Part shown: in pieces, positions 8,554-18,361 of the stretch
Layout: every line of letters begins with the position of its first letter
How positions within the stretch are numbered: the stretch's first letter is position 1
Source of the DNA: Minisyncoccia bacterium
GTDB taxonomy: Bacteria > Patescibacteriota > Minisyncoccia > Phycocordibacterales > UBA9973
NCBI GenBank assembly: GCA_041737125.1
Contig: JBGSSJ010000015.1
Coordinates: 1 to 57,797, forward strand
Direction: 5' to 3'
Length of the DNA stretch: 57,797 nt
Program-made: the position numbers and the translations under genes
Notes under the pieces: model-generated
What the model was told of the DNA's origin: nothing
What the model saw: the letters and a program-made list of their open reading frames with translations, nothing else
Databases searched by the model: none

Positions 8554-9792
8554 ATGGATCCTAAAAAAAGTAATAAGAAAATTTTAATTAAAATCCTAGC
8601 TTTTTGTATTTGCGGGGTAATACTTTACTATGCATGGCCTATGTTCTCTGCAAAGGTGGAATATACTTCTATAGCATCTTCAGTGGAAGGAGAAAAGGAA
8701 GCAAGTGCTGAGAATAAACTAGTCGATGTATTAAATATAGAAGAAGAGAAAGTAGAGCCAGCTATTCCTCTTGCGAAAAATACTGAAGTTACACACATAG
8801 AAACCCCAGATCAAGTTAAAGCTATATACCTATCTGCTTGGGTAGCAGGTAGTGCGAAATATCGAGAGCCACTAGTAAAGCTTGTCGATAGCACAGAGCT
8901 TAACTCTATGATAATAGATATTAAAGATTCTACTGGTAGAATTAGTTACTATACAGCGAATAAAGAAGTGAATGACTTGGGCGCACCAGAGAATAGAATA
9001 GGTGATATTCGTGCTTTAACAAATGCACTCCATGCGAAGAATATATATATCATAGGTCGTGTATCAGTTTTCCAGGATCCGTATATGACGAAGAAGAATC
9101 CATCCTGGGCAGTTACGAAGAAGAGTGATGGTACTGTGTGGAAAGATAAGAAAGGCTTATCATTCCTTGACCCAGCAAACAAAGAAGTTTGGGACTATAC
9201 TTTAGCCATAGCACATGATGCATATGAAGCAGGATTTGATGAAATTAATTTTGATTATATTCGCTATCCATCTGATGGAAATATAAAAGATATAAACTAT
9301 CGCTTGGCCCAAGGGGAAACTCGCGCGGACAATATAGAAGAATTTTTTATATATTTATCAGAGAACATGAAAAAGGATAAAGATATTCCTATCTCTGCGG
9401 ACTTATTCGGTCTTACAACAGAAGTTGTAGATGATTTGGGTATAGGTCAAGTCTGGGAGAAAGCATTACCACATTTTGATTTCCTAGCACCTATGGTTTA
9501 TCCATCACATTATCCAAGTGGTTATGCCGGGTATAAGAATCCAGCAAATTATCCGTATGAAGTTATAAACAAAGCCATAAGCAGTGCAGTAAAAAAGACG
9601 AAAGCAGTCCCAGGACAGGATATTGCGAAAATAAGGCCTTGGTTGCAAGATTTCGATATGGGTGCAACTTATACGAAGGAGATGGTTCGTGCGCAGATAA
9701 AGGCAGTATACGACAACGGACTTGATTCATGGATGCTTTGGGATCCAAGCAATAAGTACACAGCAAGTGCCTTATTACCGGAAACTGAATAA
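8554..9792 (+). CDS. Putative glycoside hydrolase (DUF4015 type), membrane anchored
   Basis: IDIKD, GFDEINFDYIRYP, PMVYPSHY, RPWLQDF motifs. Confidence 0.85.
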   Translation: MDPKKSNKKILIKILAFCICGVILYYAWPMFSAKVEYTSIASSVEGEKEASAENKLVDVLNIEEEKVEPAIPLAKNTEVTHIETPDQVKAIYLSAWVAGSAKYREPLVKLVDSTELNSMIIDIKDSTGRISYYTANKEVNDLGAPENRIGDIRALTNALHAKNIYIIGRVSVFQDPYMTKKNPSWAVTKKSDGTVWKDKKGLSFLDPANKEVWDYTLAIAHDAYEAGFDEINFDYIRYPSDGNIKDINYRLAQGETRADNIEEFFIYLSENMKKDKDIPISADLFGLTTEVVDDLGIGQVWEKALPHFDFLAPMVYPSHYPSGYAGYKNPANYPYEVINKAISSAVKKTKAVPGQDIAKIRPWLQDFDMGATYTKEMVRAQIKAVYDNGLDSWMLWDPSNKYTASALLPETE

Positions 9793-9803
9793 TATTAAAT
9801 ATA

Positions 9804-11018
9804 ATGATAAAAAATCGAACAATAATTTATAGTCTTTTCTCCCTTTTATTACTTGGGGCTGTATTTTTTGTTGGTGTGTATGTCGGATATGAGAAGAAGC
9901 CGGCAATTGATAAAGTAACATCCATAGATAACAAAGAGAATCCTACAGGCAATAATGCTGACTTTGACTCTTTCTGGAAAACATGGAAATTGCTCAATGA
10001 TAAATCTATCTATGCTAGTAACGTATCTGATGAAGAGCGTGTATGGGGTGCTATAGCAGGTATGACAAACTCACTTGGTGATCCATATACAGTATTCTTC
10101 TCACCAGAAGAAAATAAATTATTCACTGAAGAGATAAAAGGATCATTCGGTGGTATAGGTGCAGAGGTGGGAATGAAAGATAAATATATTACTATTATTG
10201 CACCACTGAAGAATTCTCCTTCTGAAGCTTCCGGATTAAAAGCAGGTGATAAAGTCTTAAAGATAGACGATAAAGAAACAACAAATCTTACTGTAGATAG
10301 CGCTATATCACTAATAAGAGGAGAAAAGGGGACTGTAGTTACTCTAACCATACTTCGTGAAGGAGAAAGAGCAACTCGTGAAATTAAGATTACAAGAGAT
10401 GAGATTCAAATACCTACTATAGATACAAAGCTAAGAGACGAGGGTGTGTTTGTTATAAGTTTCTATAGCTTTTCTCAAAGTTCTGATAAATTATTCCTTA
10501 AAGCACTTGAAGAATTTAAAGCTTCTAAATCTGACAAGCTTATTATAGACTTACGAGGTAATCCTGGAGGATATCTAGATGTGGCTGTAAATATAGGCTC
10601 ATGGTTTATAGATGAAGGGAAGGTAATAGTAAGTGAAGATTTCGGGAATAAAAAGAAACCACACTTCTATCGAAGCCGTGGACCAAAACTTTTTGAGGAT
10701 AAATTAAAATTAGTTGTACTTATCGATGGAGGATCTGCTTCTGCTTCAGAGATACTTGCCGGAGCCCTCCGAGAGTATGACCTAGCGACACTAGTAGGAC
10801 AAAATACTTTTGGTAAGGGCTCAGTGCAAGAACTTCTGAGTATTACTGAGGATACTTCACTCAAGGTAACTGTAGCCAAATGGTTGACTCCTAAAGGAGT
10901 ATCCATCTCTGAGAACGGGCTCAAGCCAGATGTAGAAGTAGATTATACACAGAAAGATTTTGATGCAAAGAAAGATCCACAAATGGATAAAGCTGTCGAA
11001 ATATTATTAAAGAAATAA
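9804..11018 (+). CDS. ctpA: S41 C-terminal processing protease with PDZ domain
   Basis: DLRGNPGG, SASASEI, TFGKGSVQ motifs. Confidence 0.93.
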   Translation: MIKNRTIIYSLFSLLLLGAVFFVGVYVGYEKKPAIDKVTSIDNKENPTGNNADFDSFWKTWKLLNDKSIYASNVSDEERVWGAIAGMTNSLGDPYTVFFSPEENKLFTEEIKGSFGGIGAEVGMKDKYITIIAPLKNSPSEASGLKAGDKVLKIDDKETTNLTVDSAISLIRGEKGTVVTLTILREGERATREIKITRDEIQIPTIDTKLRDEGVFVISFYSFSQSSDKLFLKALEEFKASKSDKLIIDLRGNPGGYLDVAVNIGSWFIDEGKVIVSEDFGNKKKPHFYRSRGPKLFEDKLKLVVLIDGGSASASEILAGALREYDLATLVGQNTFGKGSVQELLSITEDTSLKVTVAKWLTPKGVSISENGLKPDVEVDYTQKDFDAKKDPQMDKAVEILLKK

Positions 11019-11030
11019 TATAATAAATAT

Positions 11031-11477
11031 ATGAAAGTTATTTTACTTGCTGACGTTCCGAAAGTAGGGAATAGATACGAGGTGAAAGATTTGAGTCAAG
11101 GCTACGCACAAAACGTACTCCTTGCGAAAGGCCTGGCTGTACTAGCGACCCCACACGAACTTGCCAAAGTTGAGAATAGGAAGAAGGAAATGGAGAAGAA
11201 GAAGCAAGACGAAATGAATGCATTCGAAAAATTAATCGGCGTTGTGAGCTCTGAACCTATAGTTATAAAAGTAAAAGCAAATGAAAAAGGCCATCTCTTC
11301 AAGTCTGTAAGCAAGCGCGATGTTATAGATGCAATAAAGAGCAATAAAGGTGTAATAGTAGATGAAGACCATCTAGTTATGGATCATATAAAAGAAATAG
11401 GTTCACATAATATTATTCTAAAAAGGGGTGACAAGAAGGGTGAGTGTGAAATAGTAATAGAAGCCGATAAAAAATAA
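11031..11477 (+). CDS. rplI: 50S ribosomal protein bL9
   Basis: MKVILLADVPKVG..GYAQN, GHLFKSV. Confidence 0.92.
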   Translation: MKVILLADVPKVGNRYEVKDLSQGYAQNVLLAKGLAVLATPHELAKVENRKKEMEKKKQDEMNAFEKLIGVVSSEPIVIKVKANEKGHLFKSVSKRDVIDAIKSNKGVIVDEDHLVMDHIKEIGSHNIILKRGDKKGECEIVIEADKK

Positions 11478-11480
11478 AAG

Positions 11481-11516
11481 AAATAATAAAACCCTCGCAA
11501 GAGGGTTTTATTATTT
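11481..11516. terminator. Bidirectional terminator rplI/rpmA
   Basis: aaataataaaaccctc-gcaa-gagggttttattattt. Confidence 0.88.
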
Positions 11517-11787
11517 ATACGATATGAACTACTTTCTTGACTGATGTTGTTCGGTCAAAGTTTGCTTTTCTTTTTGTGCCGAATTTAACTGTACCTGGAG
11601 TCATTGCATATAGTGTGTGATCCTTACCCATACCTACATTCTTGCCTGGAAGTATTTTAGTGCCACGCTGGCGTATAATAATAGAGCCAGCCTGAGCTTT
11701 CTCTCCAGCGTAAAGCTTCGTACCGAGGTACTTTGGATTTGAATCGTTTAAGTTTTTGGCCGAACCACCGGCTTTCCTATGTGCCAT
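11515..11787 (-). CDS. rpmA: 50S ribosomal protein bL27
   Basis: [26 protein letters not shown]. Confidence 0.96.
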   Translation of the reverse strand: MAHRKAGGSAKNLNDSNPKYLGTKLYAGEKAQAGSIIIRQRGTKILPGKNVGMGKDHTLYAMTPGTVKFGTKRKANFDRTTSVKKVVHIV

Positions 11788-11834
11788 ATAATTTTACTAG
11801 CTAAAAGCTCTTTTATTATTTATAATTATGTTGT

Positions 11835-12224
11835 ATGAGTATACATGATTTATTATATAAAATCAAGGGGAGGAGGGAAGTGATAAATACTACATTTACA
11901 TACATATTACTTATGATACTAGTGGCTTTTGGGTCTTTTTTCTTAGGTCAACTGTCTGTCAGTAGCCTCGAGGTCAAGTCTGATATAGAAATTGTAAATA
12001 GAGAAAGCGTGGTGGAGAATGATTCAAATGTCTATCAAGATAAATTACAATCCACAACTCTATCTGTAGTAAAGGGCAAGTATGTTGCTTCGAAAAATGG
12101 TAAACTATACTACACAGTAACATGCAAAGCATCAAATAGAATCAAAGAAGAGAATAAAGTTTATTTTGATACGACAGCAGATGCTGAAAAGTCCGGTTAT
12201 TCTTGGGCCACTTCTTGTAAATAA
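11835..12224 (+). CDS. Membrane-anchored protein with Ada-like metal-binding C-terminal domain
   Basis: TM helix; YVASKNGKLYY..C..IKEENKVYF..AEKSGY. Confidence 0.7.
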   Translation: MSIHDLLYKIKGRREVINTTFTYILLMILVAFGSFFLGQLSVSSLEVKSDIEIVNRESVVENDSNVYQDKLQSTTLSVVKGKYVASKNGKLYYTVTCKASNRIKEENKVYFDTTADAEKSGYSWATSCK

Positions 12225-12226
12225 TA

Positions 12227-13159
12227 ATGAAAACATTTTATCACCTGTCATTAATAATAGTTATTTGTATGATGCTTTTTATCGTGCGGGAGGATATAAA
12301 ATTATCATCACAGAAGCTAATATCAGAAATAACACCGAGAGTTAAGATCCTAGTTACCTCAACACAAGATAATCAAAAGAATATAATCAAGGAATCGGCA
12401 AATCTTGTACCTGATCTTCTAAACTTTATAAATACTCCTGGAGCACTGAAAGTAGAGGACAGTGTTGTTTTACGACAAGAAGATACAAAGCTAACGATAA
12501 AAGAAGTTATAAATCAAACAAATATAAATCGTCTCTCAAACGGAAATTTAAAATCATTAAAAGAAAATTCTAAATTAAATATCTCATCACAGGTGAAATT
12601 AAATGACATGTTCAAGCAGCAGTACTTCGATCACGTATCACCAATGGGGGTAGGAGTATCAGACCTAGGGAATAAAGTTAACTACGATTATATAATTATC
12701 GGAGAGAATTTAGCATTGGGTGGATTTAAAGATGAAAAGGAGATAGTAGATGCCTGGATGGCATCACCTGGTCATCGTGCGAACATTCTCAATGATAATT
12801 ACACTGAAATCGGAGTTGCTGTCGGCTATGGTTTATATAGAGGTGAAAATGTATGGATGGCAGTTCAACATTTCGGTTTACCGAAATCAAGTTGCCCTTT
12901 GATTAATGAAGTCCTCAAAGGAATAATCGATATAGAACAAAAAAATATTAATTCTATGACCATAGAGCTTTCTAATCTACGCAATAACATAGATAAGGGG
13001 GTAGTGTATAAGGGAATGACCGTAAATGAGCAAATTAATAATTATAATCAAGCTGTTGCTGATTATAATAAAGTTATCTCAAATATTAAAGAAAAAATTT
13101 CTAGTTATAATAATTCAGTAAAAGCTTTTAATGATTGCTTGTCTAGTGCTCTCAATTAG
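12227..13159 (+). CDS. CAP/SCP domain secreted protein
   Basis: YFDH, GENLA, WMASPGHRANIL, EIGVAV. Confidence 0.9.
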   Translation: MKTFYHLSLIIVICMMLFIVREDIKLSSQKLISEITPRVKILVTSTQDNQKNIIKESANLVPDLLNFINTPGALKVEDSVVLRQEDTKLTIKEVINQTNINRLSNGNLKSLKENSKLNISSQVKLNDMFKQQYFDHVSPMGVGVSDLGNKVNYDYIIIGENLALGGFKDEKEIVDAWMASPGHRANILNDNYTEIGVAVGYGLYRGENVWMAVQHFGLPKSSCPLINEVLKGIIDIEQKNINSMTIELSNLRNNIDKGVVYKGMTVNEQINNYNQAVADYNKVISNIKEKISSYNNSVKAFNDCLSSALN

Positions 13160-13281
13160 TATTAATAAAAGGGAAGGGTTTATTTTATCACAAATAATGT
13201 ATCCTATTAGAAGGAGTATTTAGTTTATATCAGAGCGTCGCACAATATATCTTTACGGTAACACAGCATATAAAATATTAC

Positions 13282-13321
13282 ATAAAAATAACCCTATATA
13301 TTATATAAGGCTATTTTTATT
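13282..13321. terminator. Probable terminator hairpin downstream of DEAD-box gene
   Basis: ataaaaata..cctatata/tatataagg..tatttttat imperfect inverted repeat. Confidence 0.5.
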
Positions 13322-13335
13322 ATCCCCTTGTATTA

Positions 13336-14721
13336 TTATTGATTTACGAATGTTAAAGCTACACCTTTCTTGCTTGCACGGCCAGTTCTTCCTATTCTGT
13401 GAACATACGTATCATAAGTCTGTGGAATTTCATAATTTATTACATGAGTGACATCAGGAATATCGAGTCCACGAGCCGCTACATCAGTAGCTACTAGGAT
13501 GTTTAATTGGTCTTCCTTGAAGGCCTTTAGAGTACGTTGGCGCTCATTGTGGCGCTTATCGCCATGTATTGACCCTGCTTTGAATCCCCTTTTAATTAAT
13601 TCAATCGAAAGCTTCTCTACAGCATGCTTCATCTCAGAGAAAATGACTACTTTCTTGAATTCTTTACCAGCTAGAAGCTCTGATAGTACATCTATTTTCT
13701 CTGATCCACGAGCAACTCTTATAACATCTTGTTCAACATTTTTGGATGTATCACGCGTCTTTACTACGACTCGTACTGGATCACTAGCGAATTTATTTAT
13801 AAGAATTTCTATCGGTTTTGGAAGTGTTGCAGAGAAGAAGAAACTTTGTCTTTCTTTATGAGTTTTCTCAAGCAAATATGTAATGTCATCTACGAATCCC
13901 ATGTCTAGCATTCTATCAGCTTCATCAAGTACTACAGAACGAGTGTCAGATAGATCTATCTCTTTCCTTTTTACTAGATCAAGAAGTCTGCCTGGAGTAC
14001 CTATAACAACACTACAACCACGACGCAAATTTTTAATTTGAGCGAATATTGGCGCACCACCAACACAAGCCACTGACCACATCTTCATGCCACGAGTAAA
14101 CTCCACGAACTCTTTTTCTATTTGCAGTGCAAGTTCACGAGTCGGAGCTATGATGATAGCTGTCTCTTTACTATTATTTAAAATTTTATTTATTATTGGT
14201 ATAAGGAATGCTGCAGTCTTACCTGTACCAGTATTGGCTATACCAAGTATGTCACGTCCTACCAATGCGTGTGGGATGGCCTTGTCTTGTATCGGACTTG
14301 GGTAGATATATTGCTTCGCTGCTATGGCAACTTTAAGACGCTCATCTATAACGAAGTCTGAAAATGTATTTGTTGGTATGTAGATCTCCTCTTTTTCAAT
14401 GATAGTAGCTTTGCTGATAAAACGAGATACGTCTATTCTTTCGAAAGATTTCCCGCGTTTGTTTCCACCACTTCTACGATTGTTGCTAAATGATGGTCTT
14501 GCAGCTCCTCCATGTGGTCTGTGACTATTGTATGAAGGTTTAGAACCAAAAGATGGTTTGCTGTGTGTTATACCCGCGCCTGATCTTGCACCTGGTTTAT
14601 AACTTGGTCGAGCGGAAGGACGAGATCCTCCAGAACTCGGACGACTTGATGTAGGACCACGTTTCGGTCCCGATGAATATGAAGAAGCCCGTTTTGGGCC
14701 TTGTTTGCTATATGTAGCCAT
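13336..14721 (-). CDS. DEAD-box RNA helicase
   Basis: GTGKT, PTRELA, TPGRL, DEAD, SAT, ARGLD, HRIGRTGR. Confidence 0.95.
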   Translation of the reverse strand: MATYSKQGPKRASSYSSGPKRGPTSSRPSSGGSRPSARPSYKPGARSGAGITHSKPSFGSKPSYNSHRPHGGAARPSFSNNRRSGGNKRGKSFERIDVSRFISKATIIEKEEIYIPTNTFSDFVIDERLKVAIAAKQYIYPSPIQDKAIPHALVGRDILGIANTGTGKTAAFLIPIINKILNNSKETAIIIAPTRELALQIEKEFVEFTRGMKMWSVACVGGAPIFAQIKNLRRGCSVVIGTPGRLLDLVKRKEIDLSDTRSVVLDEADRMLDMGFVDDITYLLEKTHKERQSFFFSATLPKPIEILINKFASDPVRVVVKTRDTSKNVEQDVIRVARGSEKIDVLSELLAGKEFKKVVIFSEMKHAVEKLSIELIKRGFKAGSIHGDKRHNERQRTLKAFKEDQLNILVATDVAARGLDIPDVTHVINYEIPQTYDTYVHRIGRTGRASKKGVALTFVNQ

Positions 14722-14891
14722 AATAATTAATTCTTACGTGTTTCAAAAATAAATAATTGTACATTTAAGTACAATAGATTGAAACACTTATATACACGTC
14801 CTAAGGAGTATTTCAACAAATAAAGATTATCATTTATCCCCTATTTTGTCAAGCTATATTTTAATTATAGGCTTAAAAGTGAATAATCCAG

Positions 14892-14920
14892 TTGACATAG
14901 AATCTCATATCTTGTATAGT
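14892..14920 (+). promoter_or_regulatory. sigma70 promoter of cold-shock gene
   Basis: TTGACA-17 nt-TATAGT, about 80-nt leader. Confidence 0.75.
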
Positions 14921-15005
14921 GGATATACAAAGGACGTATCGTTGCGAAGTAGTCGATCTCACACATTCATCACATTTGTAATTATTATTTTATCTTAAAC
15001 ATATC

Positions 15006-15203
15006 ATGACTGGCTCAATAAAAAAGCTTACTGATAAAGGTTTCGGTTTCATCACAGCAGAAGGACTAGCGAAGGATTTATTCTTCCACAGTAACTCTCT
15101 TGTAAACGTACAGTTCGACGAACTACGTGAAGGTGATGCAGTTACTTTTGACACTGAGGAAACTGCAAAGGGACCTAGTGCTGTAAACGTACAACGCGCA
15201 TAA
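15006..15203 (+). CDS. cspA: Cold-shock protein
   Basis: KGFGFI (RNP1), LFFH (RNP2), KGPSAVNV. Confidence 0.93.
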   Translation: MTGSIKKLTDKGFGFITAEGLAKDLFFHSNSLVNVQFDELREGDAVTFDTEETAKGPSAVNVQRA

Positions 15204-15208
15204 TACAA

Positions 15209-15253
15209 GCAAATAAAAATCCCTCGACCTAGGTCTGAGGGATTTTTATTTGC
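15209..15253. terminator. Bidirectional terminator
   Basis: gcaaataaaaatccctc...gagggatttttatttgc. Confidence 0.85.
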
Positions 15254-15315
15254 TACTTCTTCTTCGCAGCTTTTGGTTTCTTCTTTTCTTTACGAGCACC
15301 CATTCCTTTTGCCAT
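15253..15315 (-). CDS. Putative 20-aa Lys-rich micropeptide MAKGMGARKEKKKPKAAKKK
   Basis: ATG..TAG read by hand; stop abuts the terminator; below the ORF-track cutoff. Confidence 0.55.
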   Translation of the reverse strand: MAKGMGARKEKKKPKAAKKK

Positions 15316-15362
15316 ATATAATTTAAAATTATTTAATAATAAATTTATTATATCACTTTCTT

Positions 15363-16334
15363 TTATTTAATTACACTATTTATCACCTTCCCTGTTTTTA
15401 GTGCACTGATGATATTTTTGGCTGCAATTTCAGACATCATATTCCTAGCAGTATCACGTGCAGATGCTATGTGAGGAGTCAGTACTACATTTGGAAGCTT
15501 CGATAGTCCTTTAGCTAATTTTGGCTCAAATTCATATACATCAAGCCCTGCACCCGCTATCGTCTTCTTCTTTAGAGCATCTACCAAGTCATTCTCATTT
15601 ATGACAGGGCCACGAGATGTGTTTATAAGAATAGCACTCTTTTTCATTGTTGATAAAGTCTTCTTGTTTATAAGATGTGTAGTGCTAGGTAGAAGTGGAA
15701 CATGAAGAGATATAATGTCTGCTTCTTTTAATATATCAGCAGTTTCTTTCTTAATTGCATTTGTATTTTTCTCAAGCAGAATATTTTGATTTATGTCACT
15801 GTAAAGGATTTGTGCACCGAATCCATGATGTAGCATACCCGCTACTTGAGAACCTATATCCCCTACCCCTATTAGTCCGATGGTTTTACCTTTCATATCT
15901 GTACCAATTAAGAGCTCTGGATCCCACCCTTTATACTTGCCACTTCTGACAAATTTGTCGCCCTCTACAATGCGAGTAGTAAGAGCAAACATAAGAGCCA
16001 CAGCGTGCTCTGCCACGGCTAGACCTGATGTGCCTGGAGTATTGGATACTTCTATGCCATTCTTCTTTGCTTCTTCTATATTAACATTATTAAAACCTAC
16101 AGAAAAATTAGCAAAGACTTTTATGCTAGGGCATGAATCCATAACTTCTTTATCTATAGTATCTGTTAGGAACGATATTACACCATCATACTTACCTTTT
16201 TTTAATATTTTAATCAATTGCTTTTTATTCGGAGACACTTTACTTTTACCCATATCAAAGCTGATATCTTCTTTCTTTAGTAACTCTAGTCCAATATTTG
16301 GGATTCTTCTAGTTATGTAAATTTTTTTATTCAT
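15363..16334 (-). CDS. D-isomer 2-hydroxyacid dehydrogenase (glycerate dehydrogenase/glyoxylate reductase-like)
   Basis: VGFNNV, NTPG, GVGDIG, INTSRG, LDVYEFEP, TPHIAS. Confidence 0.9.
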   Translation of the reverse strand: MNKKIYITRRIPNIGLELLKKEDISFDMGKSKVSPNKKQLIKILKKGKYDGVISFLTDTIDKEVMDSCPSIKVFANFSVGFNNVNIEEAKKNGIEVSNTPGTSGLAVAEHAVALMFALTTRIVEGDKFVRSGKYKGWDPELLIGTDMKGKTIGLIGVGDIGSQVAGMLHHGFGAQILYSDINQNILLEKNTNAIKKETADILKEADIISLHVPLLPSTTHLINKKTLSTMKKSAILINTSRGPVINENDLVDALKKKTIAGAGLDVYEFEPKLAKGLSKLPNVVLTPHIASARDTARNMMSEIAAKNIISALKTGKVINSVIK

Positions 16335-16346
16335 ATATTTATTTAA

Positions 16347-17132
16347 TTAACCTATTATTGTACTATTACGATGAATCTCGGCTACTTGTGCAATTCTTTC
16401 CATCATTTGGACTGCTTCAAGCGGGTATTTACCAATAGCTGATTCCTCCGAAAGCATTATACCGTCTGCTCCATCTAGTATGGCATAAGCTACATCAGAA
16501 ACCTCAGCTCTGGTGGGAGTGGGATTCTCTACCATAGATAAAAGCATTTGTGTGGCAACGATAACCATCTTATTTCTTTTCTTTGTTTCTACTATTATAT
16601 GATGTTGAACAAAGGGTATTTTCTCTAATGGAAATTCGTTCCCTAAATCTCCACGGGCAATCATGATGCCATCTGCTTCTTCTATGATGCCAATAAGGTT
16701 TTCTACTGCCTCCTTTCTCTCTACCTTTGCGATTATTTTTTGGTTACCGCCATTCTCTTTTATTAGAGATCTTAATTTTATAATATCATCTCTGTGTCCT
16801 ACAAAAGATAATGCGATATAATCGACTGAATTTTGTACTCCGAATATTAAATCATCCTTATCTTTTTCTGTAATAACTTCTACAGCACCACCGAAATGAT
16901 GCCCCGCACCATCTTGCACCCGTGGTCCCGATAAGTCTTGAATTATAGAAACATTTACATCTTTTTTACTCGCTTCATCTCTTATTTTTCTAATAAAATC
17001 TAGGTGTTCTTCGTGAGTACCCCAAGAAAAGTTTAGACGTGCTATGTCTATATGGCTTATAAGTTCTGAAAGCACTTCTTCTTTGCTACTTGCTGGTCCA
17101 ATGGTTGCTATGATTTTTGTTTTTGTTTCCAT
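16347..17132 (-). CDS. pyk: Pyruvate kinase, minimal (A domain only)
   Basis: TKIIATIGP, IAKVE, MIARGDLG, ATQMLLSM, PTRAEVSDV, MLSEESA; B and C domains absent. Confidence 0.88.
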   Translation of the reverse strand: METKTKIIATIGPASSKEEVLSELISHIDIARLNFSWGTHEEHLDFIRKIRDEASKKDVNVSIIQDLSGPRVQDGAGHHFGGAVEVITEKDKDDLIFGVQNSVDYIALSFVGHRDDIIKLRSLIKENGGNQKIIAKVERKEAVENLIGIIEEADGIMIARGDLGNEFPLEKIPFVQHHIIVETKKRNKMVIVATQMLLSMVENPTPTRAEVSDVAYAILDGADGIMLSEESAIGKYPLEAVQMMERIAQVAEIHRNSTIIG

Positions 17133-17133
17133 A

Positions 17134-18360
17134 TTATTGTTTTTCTATGTTAATAAGACGATTATATTTTACATCTCTTTCTTTGGGTCCTAATGCACCA
17201 GCCTTTATTCCAAAACATCCGAATGCATATGCAAGATCTGCTATAAAGTCATCCATCGTTTCACCACTCCTATGACTCACAATACAATCAATCTTATTTT
17301 TATACGCAAGAGATATAGTATTTAATGTTTCTGTTAAGGTGCCTATTTGATTCGGCTTTATAATAATACCTTTTATGCTTTCCTTTTCGATTGCCTTAGA
17401 TAATCGATCTACATTTGTTACAGTTAAATCATCCCCTATTAATTTTACATCTGGTATTATTTTTTGTAATTTACTAAAACTCTCGTAATCTTCTTCATCG
17501 AAAGGATCCTCGATGGATATCATGGGGTAATCATTTACTATCTTTTCATAAAGATCTATCATCTCTTCATTCGTCCATGTTCTATCGTCAAAGTTATATA
17601 ATCTTGTTTCTTTGTTATAGAAGGAACTCGCTGCTACATCTAATGCAAACTTTACTCTATCTGTTAAGCCAATGGAATCCACAGCATTTTTAAGGAGTGA
17701 AAGAGGCTTAATAACATGACTTTCTTGTAGTGCAAACCCACCTTCATCACCTTTTATAGGTAAGCTTCCGTATTCTTTAATTATTATGTCATCTAATGCG
17801 GATTGAATTTTTTTACACATTTCAGTATTTTCTTTTATGGTATCTCCTTGGGGAACTATATGGTATTCCTGGAATGCTAGCTTTGATGAAGCATGTTTGC
17901 CTCCATTTATAAGATTAAAATATAAAAAAGGTTTATTGCCTGTAGGTTGTATGTCGGAGAACGTTCTTAGATATTCGTATAATTCTTGATTATTTATTTT
18001 AGCAGCAGCTTTAGCACATGCGATACTGACTCCGATCATACTGTTCCCACCTAAATTCTTCTTCTGTACTGTTCCATCCAGGTCAATCATAGTTTTGTCG
18101 ATAAGTTGTTGGTTATGTATGTCTATACCTATTAAAGCAGGCAAAATTGTGTCATTTATAGCATTGATAGCCATTCCTATACCACTTTTACCATTATCTC
18201 CATCTCGGAGCTCAAATGCCTCGTACATGCCTGTACTTGCTCCTGAAGGGACTGAGAAAGTACCTATTGCTTCATCTATAAATACACTGACTTCAAGTGT
18301 AGGATTATTCCTTGAGTCTAGGATCTCTTTGGCTACTATGTTTGTGATTTTATTGTTCAT
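17134..18360 (-). CDS. eno: Enolase
   Basis: EILDSR, VPSGASTG, GDEGG, SIEDP, KPNQIG, SHRSGET; start set at ATG 18360 after the upstream stop. Confidence 0.93.
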   Translation of the reverse strand: MNNKITNIVAKEILDSRNNPTLEVSVFIDEAIGTFSVPSGASTGMYEAFELRDGDNGKSGIGMAINAINDTILPALIGIDIHNQQLIDKTMIDLDGTVQKKNLGGNSMIGVSIACAKAAAKINNQELYEYLRTFSDIQPTGNKPFLYFNLINGGKHASSKLAFQEYHIVPQGDTIKENTEMCKKIQSALDDIIIKEYGSLPIKGDEGGFALQESHVIKPLSLLKNAVDSIGLTDRVKFALDVAASSFYNKETRLYNFDDRTWTNEEMIDLYEKIVNDYPMISIEDPFDEEDYESFSKLQKIIPDVKLIGDDLTVTNVDRLSKAIEKESIKGIIIKPNQIGTLTETLNTISLAYKNKIDCIVSHRSGETMDDFIADLAYAFGCFGIKAGALGPKERDVKYNRLINIEKQ

Positions 18361-18361
18361 A

